This document shows, in pieces, positions 1 through 12,900 of a stretch of 64,000 nt of DNA. How positions within the stretch are numbered: position 1 is the stretch's first letter; every line of letters begins with the position of its first letter. Source of the DNA: Rebecca billardiae RCC1528 (lineage: Eukaryota > Protista > Haptophyta). The notes under the pieces are model-generated. The model worked only from the letters and a program-made list of their open reading frames with translations, did no database searches and had not been told where the DNA came from. The translations under genes were made by a program, and so were the position numbers. The stretch is taken from the NCBI GenBank assembly GCA_965240325.2, contig OZ251224.1, forward strand, positions 62,001-126,000, in the 5' to 3' direction.

Positions 1-564
1 GGACGGCGCGGAGCCCACCGCCGCGCCGAGCGAGCTGAACAGCCCCGACCCGCCGGCGCTCGGCTTGGGCGCGGGCTTGGGCGCGGGCTTGGGCGCGGGC
101 GTGGGCGCGGGCTTGGGCGCCGCCGCCTTGGCGCCGCCGCCGAACAGCCCGCCGAGCCCGCCGCCCGACTTGGCGGCCGGCTTGGGCGCGGGCTTGGGCT
201 TGGGCGCGGCGGCCGGCTTCGGCGCGGGCTTGGGCGCCGGCGCGGCGACCTTGGGCTTGGCGCCGCCGCCGAAGAGCCCACCGGCGGGCTTGGCGGGCGC
301 CACCGGCTTGGCCGCGGCCGGCTTGCGCGCGCGTGCCGGCGGCGACGGCGGCGGCGCCTTGCGCGGCGGCGGCATCGGTGCGGAGATGACGCGCTTGACG
401 CGCTTCTGGCTCAGCCCGTCGTTGATGGCCATGGAGACGGCCGAGGCGCGCGGCGCGCAGGTGCGGTGCACGGGGGCGAGCCGAGGCCCGAGCGTGTGCG
501 CGAGCGCGCCGCTCGCGCCCGCGAGCGCGAGCGCGAGCAGCGTGCGCGTGAAGCGCGGAGCCAT
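1..564 (-). CDS. Pro/Lys/Ala-rich protein with predicted bipartite (signal + transit peptide) plastid targeting; 3' end outside window
   Basis: Own translation from ATG at 564: MAPRFTRTLLALALAGASGALAHTLGPRLAPVHRTCAPRASAVSMAINDGLSQKRVKRV..., then KPAP repeats and GGLFGGG motifs. The frame stays open to position 1. Confidence 0.65.
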   Translation of the reverse strand, partial: MAPRFTRTLLALALAGASGALAHTLGPRLAPVHRTCAPRASAVSMAINDGLSQKRVKRVISAPMPPPRKAPPPSPPARARKPAAAKPVAPAKPAGGLFGGGAKPKVAAPAPKPAPKPAAAPKPKPAPKPAAKSGGGLGGLFGGGAKAAAPKPAPTPAPKPAPKPAPKPSAGGSGLFSSLGAAVGSAPS

Positions 565-1789
565 CTCTCGGGGTGTCGCAGCGGCGCGGTCCCGAATCCG
601 CGGTGCCAGGTGGCTTGCAGCTGCAGCAGCAGAGCTTGGTGCCGCGCGTGCCCAACCTGAAACCAGAATGACCACGCACAATGAATGAAATAGGGACCGT
701 AATTGCGCGCCAATAGTCGCCGCCGGCTACCCGGGTCTCGTCATCAAGTCTTCCGGGTCTGTTGCCCAACAGCCCGCAGCCAGATCGGGTTCAGGATGGC
801 GCCTCGGCTGGTGGGCCCGCCCCCTCACCAGCTGACGCGCCGAGCCAGCCGAGCCAGCGTTGCGCGACTGCGGGCATCTATGCGCGCGCTCGCGTGCTGC
901 CGCCGAGCTGTCGCCTCGGCTGCACCAGCCGGCCCGGCCAGAGCGCGCAGCAGCGCGCAAGCAGGCGGACGCGGCTGCCGGCGCGCGCAAAGTCGCCTCC
1001 ACGCCGGCGTCGCTCGACGCAGGAAGGGTGGGCACGCCGCGGGTCGCGCGCGCACGCCGAAGCGCACCGATGCGGCAGGATCGCGCACGCGCGCACGTGC
1101 GCCCACCGCGCATGACGCCTTGGGCAGCGGCAGCGAGCGCGCCTCACATGCGCCGCGCCGCACGTGGGCAAGAGGGCGCAACGCGCGGTCCGTGAGGAGC
1201 TGGCCGGGGCGGCTGGCAAAGGCGCAGGCGCCCAGTCGATCGCTCGCGAGCGCGCGAGAGGCATCTGGGCCCCCGCCCGCCATCGCACGGCGGCAGGCCG
1301 GGGCGGCGATCATCGGACGCGCACAGTCGCCGCGCCGCCTCGTCTAGCAATCGTCCCCCTCGTCGAGGGCGGCCGACGAGCGCGGGGCGTGTGGCGGCGC
1401 GCGGGCGACCTCGTCGATTGGCCGAGAGTCCCACCAAGCACCCACCCCCCGCGCGAGGGTGGCGGGCAAATCCACCCATCTGTCATCCATGCCGAGCGCG
1501 GCCCGCGGAGGCGCCGGGGGCGCCGCCATCTCCCTCCTTCACTCACGCCCGCGCGCGGGGCTCGATTCGTCCGGGCCCGCGCCCCCCCCCGCGCGGCGGT
1601 TGGGATCTTGCGGCGCCCGGACTGGAGCTTGGCCGACGGGGTGCTACGTGGGCCCCAAACGGCGTTGGCACGCCGCGCTTTTGGATGCGCGTGCCCGCCG
1701 CGGGGGCTCCGATCCGCGCAGCTAAGAGGGGGCTCCGTCCTTGCTCCCAGCCAAGCAGCCCACCCACCCCCGCCCGCCCCCGAGGAAGC

Positions 1790-4155
1790 ATGAACGCGTA
1801 CGCGACCGCGTCCCTGTACGTCGGCGATCTCCACCCGGAGGTGACCGAGGCGCTGCTCTTCGAGCTCTTCAACGCCGTCGGCCCCGTGGCCTCCATCCGC
1901 GTGTGCCGCGACTCGGTCACGCGCCGCTCGCTCGGCTATGCGTACGTCAACTTCCACTCGGTCGTGGACGCGGAGCGCGCGCTCGAGACGATGAACTACA
2001 CGTCGATCAAGGCCAAGCCGTGCCGCATCATGTGGTGCCACCGCGACCCGTCGCTCCGCAAGTCGGGCTCGGGCAACGTCTTCATCAAGAACCTGGACAA
2101 GTCGATCGACAACAAGGCGCTGTACGACACGTTCAGCGCGTTCGGCAACATCCTGTCGTGCAAGGTGGCGATGGACGACAACGGGAACCCGAAGGGGTAC
2201 GGCTTCGTCCACTACGAGACGCAGGAGGCCGCCAACCTCGCCGTGAACAAGGTGAACGGCATGCTGCTCAACGGCAAGAAGGTGTTTGTCGGCTTCTTTG
2301 TGCCGCAGAAGGAGCGCGGCCCGAGCGAGGGGTCGGACGAGCACTTCACCAACGTGTACGTGAAGAACCTGGACACGGGCGTGTCCGACGAGCAGCTCAC
2401 CGAGATGTTCGCCGAGCACGGCACCGTCAAGTCGTGCACCGTGATGCGCGACGCGGACGGCGGCTCTCGCGGGTTTGGCTTTGTCTCGTTCGAGGACCAC
2501 GAGGCGGCCAAGGCGGCGTGCGACGCGCTGAACGGCAAGGAGATCAACGGCAAGGCGCTCTACGCGGGCCGCGCGATGAAGAAGAAGGAGCGCGAGCGCG
2601 AGCTGCGCGAGCGCTTCGAGCAGCTCAAGGTTGACCGCATCCAGAAGGTGCGCGCGCCGCGCTGCGTGCCGGCGCCGTGCGCCGCGTACCTCGGCGGGCG
2701 CGCGCGCCGAGCGAGCCGCGCGTTGCCGCCGCGGAGCCGCGCGTCTGAGCCGCTCGGCGCGCGCCGCCACCCCCCGCCGCGCCTGCCCTGCGCGCCGCGC
2801 AGGGCATCAACCTGTACGTCAAGAACATCGACGACACGTTCAACGACGAGAAGCTGCGCGAGGAGTTTGCCCCGTTTGGCAACGTGACGTCCGCGCGCGT
2901 GATGATGGACGACAAGGGGCTGAGCAAGGGGTTCGGCTTCGTGTGCTTCCAGTCGGGCGACGAGGCGACGCGCGCCGTGCAGGAGATGAACGGCAAGATC
3001 GTCGGCTCGAAGCCGCTCTACGTCTCGCTCGCGCAGCGCAAGGACGAGCGGCGCACCTTCCTCGAGCAGCAGGCGCGCTCGGGCGCGGGCGGGCGCATGG
3101 CCGGTCGGCCCGAGATGCCGCAGCAGGGCATGTACCCGGGCGCGCCGTTCGGGTACTACCCGCCGCAGCAGATGGGCCCGGGCGGCGTGGGGCGGCAGCA
3201 GCCGGGCATGCCCATGTACGGCATGCCGCAGCAGCTCATGCTGCAGCCCAGGCCGGGCATGTACCCGCAGCCCATGGCGGCGTACGGCGGCGTGCCGATG
3301 GGCGGCCGCATGCCCGGCGGGCCGGGCCGGCAGCAGGGCGGGCAGGGGCAGGGGCGGATGACGGGCGGGCAGGGCGGGCGGATCCCCAAGGCGCAGCAGC
3401 AGCGCCAGAACGCGCAGATGCGCAACATGCAGGCGCAGCAGCACGCCGCCGCCGCGGCCGCGCAGGCGCAGGCGCAGTCGGCGCAGATGGCGCGCGGCAT
3501 GGGGCCCGGCCTCACGCCGCAGCAGCTCGCCGCCATGCAGCAGCAGCAGCCGCAGCAGCCGGCGATGCCGCAGCAGATGCCGCCCGTGGTGCGCGCGCGC
3601 GCGCGCGCTCGCGCCCCCGCGCGCCCCCGCTCCGCGCGCGCCCCCGCTGGCCGGGACGACCCACGTGCTCCCTCTGCCGAGGCCCAAGGGTTCCCCTCGG
3701 GTTCCCCTCGGGTCCCACGGACGACAGCCGCACCACCGGAATCGAACACAACGGCCGAGCCAGCGGCGCACACCCACGGCGCACAGCGCGCACAGCCCGC
3801 GCACGCGCGCACGCGCGCGGCCCGAGCGCTCACGCCTCGCCCCCCCGCCGCCTCCCCCCGCCCGCCCCCTCCCCCGCAGCCCGCCGAGCCGATCACGCCC
3901 GCCTCGCTCGCGGCCGCGCCGCCCGAGCAGCAGAAGCAGATCCTGGGCGAGCGGCTCTTCCCGCTCATCCACGCGCTCGAGCCCGCGCTGGCGGGCAAGA
4001 TCACGGGCATGCTGCTCGAGATGGACAACGGCGAGCTGCTCAACCTGCTCGAGTCGCCCGAGGCGCTGAGCGCCAAGGTGAAGGAGGCGATGGCGGTGCT
4101 GCAGGTGCACCAGCAGTCGGCGGAGGAGGCGGCCGCCGAGCAGCCGCAGCACTAG
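1790..4155 (+). CDS. PABP: Cytoplasmic poly(A)-binding protein (4 RRM + linker + MLLE/PABC); introns 2648-2802 and 3589-3879
   Basis: [61 protein letters not shown], and C-terminal [13 protein letters not shown]...[17 protein letters not shown] introns restore the frame. Confidence 0.97.
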
Positions 4156-5200
4156 GCCCACGGCCGCGCGCACGGCCGCGCGCACACACACGCACTCGCG
4201 AAGAAAACCCTCCCGCCCCGCAAAAAAAGACCGCGGGCGCCTGCGCCCGCGCGCACTCGCACGAGCTGCGAGCGCGCGCGCACGGCGCACGGCCCCGCCA
4301 CGCTCTCGCCACGCACGCCCGCCGGCGCGCGCGCGCGCGGCGCGCCAGCGCCGCGCCAGCGCAGCGCCAGCGCAGCGCTCTGGCCCGCTCCTGCGCAGCA
4401 CGCCGCTCCGGCGTGCCCGCACCCGCTCACCGCCCGACCCAGACCTCAGGGGTGGCGGAGGACAAAAAAATCCGTATAAGCATCAAAGCCTCGCGCCCGC
4501 GGCACCAGCCGGCGCGCGCATCACTCCGATGCGCGCGCCGCCGCCGCGCGCGCCCAAAAACAGGCTGCGCCGCTCTGCCGAGAACACACTCAGCCTTGAG
4601 AGCACGCGCGCGCACACGCTGCCCCCGGCAGCCGTCCCTGCGCGCACGAGCCTCCAGCTCGGCAGAGGCCTGGCGCTGCCATCTATCAGCCCGCCTCGAC
4701 GACGCACGCAGACCGCTCAGCCCGCCGACCCGCCTGCGCCTGCCGTCTCACACGGCGACGTGCCCGCTTCGGCGCGTCGGCGGCGACCGGACCGTCCGGG
4801 TCTGCGCAGCCGGCTCAGCTGGCTGTGACACGGCGGTCACAGTCGTCGTCGTCTTCATCAGTTCATCCGTCTTGATCGTTCGACGCCATCAGCATCATCA
4901 TCAGGAGTCTACCCACGCGATAGCTGCCGCTAGCAGCCGTGAGAAGAGCGAGTCGACGTCGGCACTCGCCGTAGCACTCGAGCCCGAGGACGATGGTCAC
5001 GAGGGACACCAACTCGTTATCGGCGGCCTCGCCGCCGCTCGCGAGTCGCCCGCTCGGGCGGCGATTTCATTTTTCGAGCGCGGGCAGAAAATCATTTTCG
5101 GTTACCGCTCGGGCGGGCGCGAGCGTGTCGGGCAGTGGCTGCCCCGCGGCGGTATCCCCTCGCCGACGCGGGCGCACCGAGCCGCCGCGGCCGCGCAGCG

Positions 5201-7042
5201 ATGTCGACCCTGCGGCGCATGCTCGCGGACGACCACGTGATCGAGGTGCTCGTCGAGCACTGCGAGGCGGCGCGCCCCTCCTTCTCGCTCAAGGGCTCGC
5301 GCGAGGCGTACACGGAGCACGTGGCCTCGCTCCGCTCCGACATTGAGGACGTGCTGCTCGCGAGCGACGAGCAGATCGTGATGACGGTGAACACGCCCGC
5401 GGTGGCGAAGGCGCAGGCGGCGCCGGCGAAGAAGGACGAGCCGCCGCCGTACCGCCCGCAGAGCGCCGGCCCCACGCTCACGCGGCGCGGCTCGGGCGCG
5501 CCCGCGTGGCGGCCGCGCATCGGCTCGTTCGAAGTGTCGTTTGCGCTCAAGCACGGCAGCAAGACGATGGGCAGCAAGCAGGTGTACTCGAAGCTGGCGA
5601 GCAAGAAGTTCCCGAACACGCACAAGGTCGCCACCGCCATCTACAACGAGGTGCAGCAGCTCCTCGCCGCGGAGGACGTCGGGGAGAAGGCGGTCGACCT
5701 CGCGGCCTCCCAGCGCGCGCACGCGCTCGTGGGCAGCTCGGGCGCGCTGCCGCTGCCGGGCGCGGCGGAGGAGGAGGCAGGCGGCGCGGAGGCGGGGGCG
5801 GAGGGCGCCCCCGCCCCCGCCGCGGAGCCGCCCTCGCGCGCGCCAGCCGAGCACGCCGCGCCGCACGAGGACGCGGACGACGCGGAGGGCGCGGCTGCCG
5901 CCGAGGCACTGCTAGCGGGCGCGACCGACGCGCAGCCCGCCCAGGGCGGCGGCGCACCGGGCGAGGGCGCGGATGCGGGTGCGGGCGCGGATGCGGATGC
6001 GGGCGCGGGCGGTGGCGGTGCGCCCGAGCCTGCCGAGCCCGCCGAGCCGCCAGTGCGCGCGCCGGCCAACCCGCTCGCCGACCCGCCCCCGCCGCCGCCG
6101 CCGCCGCCGCCTGCGGCCGCGGAGCCGCAGGCGGCGCCGGCGGCCGAGGCGGGCGGCGCTGACGCGTCGGCAGCGCCCACGGCCGAGGCGGGCGGCGGCG
6201 GCGGGGAGGGCGGTGGCGTCGCTGATGACACGCCCGTGGGCGCTGGCGGCGCCGACCACGCCGCCGACGGCGACGCCGCCGCCCCCACGCCAGCGGGCAG
6301 CGCGTCGGCGCCGGGCGCGGCGCAGGCACGGCCTGAGGCCGGCGCGGAGGAGGCGGCGGCGGCGGCAGCGGCGGCGGGCGGTGGGGCTGAGGGGGGCGCA
6401 CTGACGGACGCGGCGGGCGCGGTCGAGGCGCCCGCGCAGGGCGGGCAGGGCACGGCGGACGGCGCCACGGACGACGCCGCCACCGCGGGCGCGGATGGCT
6501 CCTCCGCCGCCGCGGGCGCGGAGCCCGCGCTGCCGGCCGCCGCCGACAGCGCGGCGGCTGAGGAGGCGGCTGAGGAGGCGGCTGAGGCGGCAGCGGTGGC
6601 GGGTGGCGACGGGCAGCCAGCGGCGGCGGGCGCGGCGCCGACAGCACCGGATGACGCGCCGCCGCCGCCGCTGCCAGCGGACGCCGAGGCCGACGGCGCC
6701 CCTGACGGCCCCCCTGACGGCCCCCCTGACGGCGCCCCTCCGTTGGCTGCCACAGCTGCCGACGCCTCGCCCCCGCTGCCTCAGCCGCCCCCGGCACCTC
6801 AGCCGGAGGCGGCGGCTGCGCCCGAGCCCATAGGCGGCGGCGCGCTCGGCGGGGCAGCGGGCGGCGAGGAGGCGGCGGCGGCGGAGGAGGAGGTGGAGGA
6901 CGAGGCGGAGGAGGAGGAGGAGGACGAGGACGCGCCGCTCTGGACGTCGTCGTCCGCCGCAAAGCTCAAGTCTGCAGACCCGTCCGCCACGAGCGCAGCC
7001 CGCGCGGCCGCGGCCGACAGCAGCGACAGCGACGGCGAATAA
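5201..7042 (+). CDS. Rdx (SelT/SelW/SelH)-like N-terminal domain plus long Ala/Glu/Pro-rich disordered tail
   Basis: IEVLVEHC...PRIGSFEV...VYSKLASKKFP matches the Rdx-family pattern; the remainder is low complexity and acidic. Confidence 0.6.
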   Translation: MSTLRRMLADDHVIEVLVEHCEAARPSFSLKGSREAYTEHVASLRSDIEDVLLASDEQIVMTVNTPAVAKAQAAPAKKDEPPPYRPQSAGPTLTRRGSGAPAWRPRIGSFEVSFALKHGSKTMGSKQVYSKLASKKFPNTHKVATAIYNEVQQLLAAEDVGEKAVDLAASQRAHALVGSSGALPLPGAAEEEAGGAEAGAEGAPAPAAEPPSRAPAEHAAPHEDADDAEGAAAAEALLAGATDAQPAQGGGAPGEGADAGAGADADAGAGGGGAPEPAEPAEPPVRAPANPLADPPPPPPPPPPAAAEPQAAPAAEAGGADASAAPTAEAGGGGGEGGGVADDTPVGAGGADHAADGDAAAPTPAGSASAPGAAQARPEAGAEEAAAAAAAAGGGAEGGALTDAAGAVEAPAQGGQGTADGATDDAATAGADGSSAAAGAEPALPAAADSAAAEEAAEEAAEAAAVAGGDGQPAAAGAAPTAPDDAPPPPLPADAEADGAPDGPPDGPPDGAPPLAATAADASPPLPQPPPAPQPEAAAAPEPIGGGALGGAAGGEEAAAAEEEVEDEAEEEEEDEDAPLWTSSSAAKLKSADPSATSAARAAAADSSDSDGE

Positions 7043-7344
7043 GCGGCGTGCGCGCTCACACTGTCTCGTGTCCGACTGCGCTCGGCGTCACACGGGCACG
7101 GGCCGTCGGCGGCGGCCAGCGGCCAGCGGCCAGTGGTCGCAGTAGCCGATCCGCGGGCCGTCACTATCCAGCGGGTGCGATGCGCTCACCCGCGGGCTGC
7201 CGCGCGTCGTCGCTGGCCCCGCCATTGTCTTGGACGGCGCGGCGCACGCGCGGCGTCGTCGCCAGCGCTGATTTGAGCCGCTGCAGCGCCTTGCTGCGCG
7301 CGCGGACGATCGGATTGGCCATCATCATTTTGGCGCCGACGAAA

Positions 7345-7345
<1 letters not shown>

Positions 7346-7386
<41 letters not shown>
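7346..7386. repeat. (TA)n microsatellite
   Basis: About 20 consecutive AT units. Confidence 0.95.
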
Positions 7387-7388
<2 letters not shown>

Positions 7389-7560
7389 TCGCGTCTAGCT
7401 AAGCTACTAAAAACAATTCGCGCGCGGCCTCGGATCCGGGGAGCGGAAGTAACGTCCGGCCCCGACCCGAGTTTGACTGTTTCGCCAGCGCCCAACTTAT
7501 TGAAACTATTTGGCGCGTCGAAAAATTGGGCGGCGGTGTAGCGCCTCGCATCGCGCGACG

Positions 7561-9150
7561 ATGGACGTGCGCGAGCCCGCGCCCGCCGCGGACGCGCCGA
7601 TGCCCTCGTCACCGTCGGGTGGCGCGGCGCCGACGGCGGCGTCGGCGGAGCGGGAGGGCCGCCTCGCTTCGGCCGAGCCGCACACCGCCGCCGTGCCGCC
7701 GCCGCCGCCGCGCTCGCCCTTCCGCTCGCTCGCCGTGCAGCCGCCGCGCGGCGGCGGCTTTGGCGCGGTGCCCGCCGGCCGCGCCAGGCCTGCGAGCGCG
7801 CCGCCGACGCCGGGCGGCGGCGCGCGCGGGCCGAGCTCGCTGCACGGCAAGCTCACGGCCAACGCGACCCGCCGCCGCCGCGCCCGCCGCGCGCCCTCCC
7901 CCTCGCCGCTGTGCCATGGCTGCATCCACGGCTCCTCCTTCTTCTCGTCCGCGCCCTGCTCGCCCTGCGCCTCCTCCGCGGCGGGCTCGGCGCGCAGCGC
8001 GCCGGCGGGGCGCTCGGCGTGGCCGAGCCCGTCGGCGCGCGCCGAGCCGCTCCACCCCGCCGCCGCGCGCGCCGCGCGCCCCGCGTCCGCGCGCCGGCCG
8101 CGCTCGGCCGGCCCGGTGAGCGAGCGTGCGTTTTCGCTCGCGCTCACCGCCGCCAACTCGGCCGCGGTGGGCGGCGCGGCGTGGAGCGCGGAGGGCGGCG
8201 GGCTGTGCGCGGCGACGGTGCGCGAGGAGGCGTCGATCGAGCTGCGCGGCGCGGCGCACGCCGGGCACTGGGTCCGCGCCGCGCTGCGCGGCCCCGCGCG
8301 CGCCGCCGCGTCCTCTCTCCAGCCGCTGCCGTCGCACGCGGCGGCGCGCGCGGGCGGCGGCGCGGGCGGCGCGGGCGGCGGGGGCGGCGGCGGCTGTGGC
8401 GGCTGCGCGGGCGGCTCCGCGTCGTACGTGCTGCGGTACGAGCCCGCCGTCTCCGGCCGGTACGCGCTCAGCATCACCGCGGGCGGGGCGCACGTGCCGG
8501 GCTCGCCGTTCGCAGTCACGGTGGCGCCCGCGGCCGCGCGCGCCGCGGCGGCGCTCGCGCGCGGCGCGGGGCTGTCGCGCGCGCGCGTGCACAGCGCGGC
8601 GCACGCGGAGGTGGAGCTGCGCACGGAGGCGGGCGCGCGGCTCGGCCGCGGCGGCGACTCCGTGCGCGCGTGGCTCGTGCGCGCGCCAGCGCACGCCGCG
8701 CACGCCTCCGCCGCGTTTGCCGACGCGGCGGCCGGCGGCGGGCGGTGGCCCGGGGCACAGCTGGACGGTGAGGGCGGCGGCAGGCCCGCGGAGCGGCCGC
8801 CGCCCGCGGCGGTGCTGCTGCCCGCGGCGCGCGGCGGCGGCGGCGGCGCGCGGTACGCGCACGCGCGCGCGGCGGCGGGTGGCGCCGCCGCCGCCGCCGC
8901 CGCCGTGCCGGGCGGCGGCGGCGGCGGCGGCGGCGGCGCGCTCGGCGGCGCCGCCACCGCCGCGGCCGCGGTGCACGCCGCGCAGGCGGCCGCGCGCGCG
9001 CACGGCAACGCGCTGGCGTGCGCGGCGTCGCCCGTGCGCGGCTGCATGCGCGCGACCGCGTGGGGCGCCGCGCTCGAGGCTGAGCTCACGAGCAGCGCGT
9101 GGGCGCACGGCTCGCCGCCCTCGGCCGCGCCGCGCGCCGCGCACGGAAGC

Positions 9151-9185
<35 letters not shown>

Positions 9186-9877
9186 CGCCGCCGCCGCCGC
9201 GCAGCCGCCGCCGGCCGACGCGACGGCCGCCACCGTCGTCGACCACGGCGACGGGCGATACTCGCTCTCGTACACGCCCGCGCGCACGGGCGCGCACGCG
9301 CTGTGGGTGACGGTGGGCGGCGCGCACGTGCGCGGCTCCCCCTTCGCCGTCGCCGTCGTCGCCGGCCCGGCGGTGGTCGCACACACGAGCGTGCACGCGG
9401 GCGCGGGCTGCGCGCGCGTGCCGCGGGCCGGCGCCGGCCTCGGCGCGGAGGCGGAGTGGCGGGTGGTGGCGGGCAGCGCCGCCGAGCTGCTGCTCTGCGC
9501 GCGCGACGCGCACCGCGTGCCCGTGGGGCCGGAGGGCGCGCTCGAGCTGCGGCCGAGCGCGCGCCTCGTGCGCAGCTCCGCGCCCAGCGCACCGCCAGAC
9601 ACTCACAGCGCAGCCGCCGCCGCCGCCGCGGTGTGGGTGGGCGTGCACGCGCGCTCAGACGGGCTGCTGGCGCTGCCGCTGCGTGTGGAGCAGCCGGGGG
9701 AGTACGAGCTGGCGGTGTGGCTCACGGGGCAGGGCAGGGCGCGCGCGGGGAAGGCGGCGGCGGGGTGCGGCGGCGTGGACGCAGACACCGTGGCGGCCGA
9801 GGGTGCGCGGCCGCGCCCAAGCTTCAGACCGCCGCGCGCCGCTGCGATCGGCTCAGCCGACGCCTCGCCCTCGCCCT

Positions 9878-9913
<36 letters not shown>

Positions 9914-12900
9914 ACGCCGACGCCGACGACGCCGACGACGAGCCCGAGTCGCCGCCGCGTGCGCGCGAGGGCGCGCCGCTGCTGCTGCGCGTGCGTGCGC
10001 TCGCGCCCGCCGCGGCGCACACGCGCCTCGTGCCGGCGGGCGACGCGCTCGCGCTGCGCGGCGATGGCGATGGCGCCGCCGCCGCCTCGGCGCTCGAGCC
10101 GGCCGCGCCGCTGCGCGCGAGCGCGGGCGTGCCGCTCCGGCTCGAGCTGTGGCCGCGCGACGGGTTTGGGCGCGCGCTCGGCGGCGGCGCGGCGGAGGGC
10201 GGCGGGCCGCTCGCGGAGCCGCTGAGCTGGGCGGCGCAGCTGCTGCCGCAGGGGCGGCAGCCGCGCGGCGAGGAGGCGGCGGAGGAGGAGGAGGAGGAGG
10301 CGGGGGCGGGGGCGGGGCGGCCGGCCGCGCGGCAGCGGGCGCGCGCCACGCCGCTCGCCGCGCTGCGCGCCGACGGCAGCCGCGGCATCGAGCTGCGCGT
10401 GCTGTGCGCGCAGGCGGGGCGACACACGCTGCGGCTGTGGGCGCGCGCGCACGCGCTCGCGCGCGCGGGCGGCGCGGCCGCCGCCGCCGACGCCGCCGCC
10501 GCCTCCGCCGCCTCGGCCGCGCTTGGCCGCGCCTCTGCCGCTGAGTGGGTGGAGGTGGCGGGCTCGCCGTGGGCGGTGGAGGTGGAGGCGGGCGAGGTGA
10601 GCGCCGCGCGGTGCGAGCTGCTCCCTCCGCACGCGCACGGCGCAGCACCGCACACCGCGCCGCGCCACCCGACCGCAGGCAGTGTGCACACGCTTGCAGT
10701 CGCCCTGCGCGACGCGCACGGCAACGCGCGCGCGGGCGGCGCGGTGCACGACGTGGTGCACTGCCTGGCGCTCAACGCGGCTTCGGGGGAGAGCGTCGTG
10801 GCGAGCGTGCGCCGCGCGCCGGGCGGGGTGCGGCTGGCGCGCTTCACGCCGCGCACCGCCGGGCTGTGGGCGGTCGAGCTCGCGGTGCGGCCGGGGCCGA
10901 AGCGGGTCGCGGCGCCGCCCGCGGCCGCGGGCTCGCCGCGCGGCCGCCGCGGCGCGCCGGCCGAGACGGGCGGGCTGGGCGGCGCGGGCGCGCCCGCGGG
11001 CCGCGGGCTCGAGCCCATCCCCGGCTCCCCCTTCTCGCTGCTCGTGCTGCCCGGGCCGCCCGCCACGCACATGCTCGCAGCGTTTGCGCTCGACCCGGCG
11101 CACACGGCCGGCGCTGACGGCGCCGAGCTGCTGCCGCCGCGCGCGGGCGCGGGCGGCGGCGGCGCGGGGGGCGCGGCCGCGCCGCCGCCCTCGGTGCCGG
11201 ACGGGTGGAGCGGCGGCGCGCGCGAGGCGGCGGCGGCGAGCGCGCTGCGCGCGCTCGCCGCCGCGCGCGACGGCGGCCGTCCGCTGCCCCGGCTCCAGCT
11301 GCGCGCGCGCGCGGGCGACACCATCGCCCTCGGGCTGATCGCTCGCGACTCGCTCGGCAACGTGCGCACGCCGCCGCCGCAGGCGCCGGGCGGCGGCGCG
11401 GGCGGCGGCGGCGGCGGTGCCGAGGGCGGCGGCGCCGAGCCAGCCGGCGGCGGGCGCGCGTGGGGCGGCGCGTGGGGCGGGCCGCACGACGCGCTGAGCG
11501 CGCGCCTCAGGCTGCTGCGAAGCGCCGAGCCGGGGGGCGCGCGCGGCCGCTCGCCCGACCCGTCGCCGCGGCGCGGCGGCGGCGGCGCGGGCTCGCCGCG
11601 CGCGGGCGCGCGCGCCGTTCGCGTCTCCACCGCCGCGGCGCTCGGCGCGGACGAGCGCGGCGCGTGCGGCGCTCGGCGCGCGTCGTGCGCGTCCTGCGCC
11701 GCCTCCTCCGCCGCGTCCGTGCGCGTGGCCGCGGACGAGAGCGAGCTCGAGTGCGCCCTCGTCTGGGCGGAGGCGCTGCGCTGCCACGTGCTCAGCTGCA
11801 CGCCGGCGCTCGCGGGCGAGTGGGCGGTGCTGGGGCGCGCGCACGGCACCGCGCTCGGGCCGGGCGCGGACGGCGTGGGCGCGGGCGCGGGCGGCGGCGC
11901 GGAGGAGGGCGCGGGCGCGGCGGAGGGCTCGGAGGAGGGCGGGCCGCTGGCCGTGCTCGCCACCGTGACCGTGATCGCGGGCAACGCCAGCCCCGCACAC
12001 ACCACGCTCGAGCTGCCCACCGCCGCGCCCAGCGGCGGGGGCGGCGGCGGCGCGGGCCCGCACCGCCTGCCCTCCGTCGCCGCCTCCTCGGCCGCCCGGC
12101 TGCTGCTGCGCGCGCGGGACGCGCTGGGCAACGCGCGGCGCGCGGGCGGGGACGGGCTGGCGGTCGCGCTGCTGCGGCCGGAGCTCGGCGGCGCGGATGC
12201 GCCCGCGCAGCAGCAGCAGACGCAGCAGCAGCAGCAGCAGACGCAGCAGCAGCAGCACGCCCGCGCCCTCGCCCCGCAACGCCGCCTCAGCCTCGGCGGC
12301 GCGGGCGCGGGCGCGGACGGAGGCGGCGGCGCCAGCCCTGGCGGGCACGGCCTGCACGGCGCGCACGTGCCCTGCCTCGACCTGGGCGACGGCAGCTACG
12401 GCCTCAGCGTGGACGCGCGCGCCGCGGGCGTGTACACGCTGCACGTGCGCGCGCACGGCGCAGCGCCACAGCGCGCGCGGCACGCGCGCCCCGCGCGCAG
12501 CCCACGCCGCCTCCGCCCACGCCGCCGCCCCGTGCGCCGCGACCGCGCGCGCAGGTCACGGCGGCGTCGCGCCCGCTCGCGCAGCCGGGGCTGCTGCGGC
12601 TGCTCGTGAGCGCGGCGGCGCCGCACGCGTCACGGAGCACGCTGCGCGCCGCGCAGCCGTCCGCGCGCGTGGGCGAGCCCTGCGCCGCGCTGCTCATCAC
12701 GCGCGACGCGCACGGCAACGTGTGCGCGCGCGGCGGCGCGGCCGTGAGCGCCGCGCTGCGCGGCCCCTCCCGCGCACCGCCGCCCGACGTGGTGGACCTG
12801 CACAGCGGCGAGTACCGGCTGGGCTTCACGCCGCAGAGGGTGCGCGCGCCGCGGCCGGCAGAGCGCGCGCGCGCGAGAGGCCGGCGCGGCGCGGGCGGGC

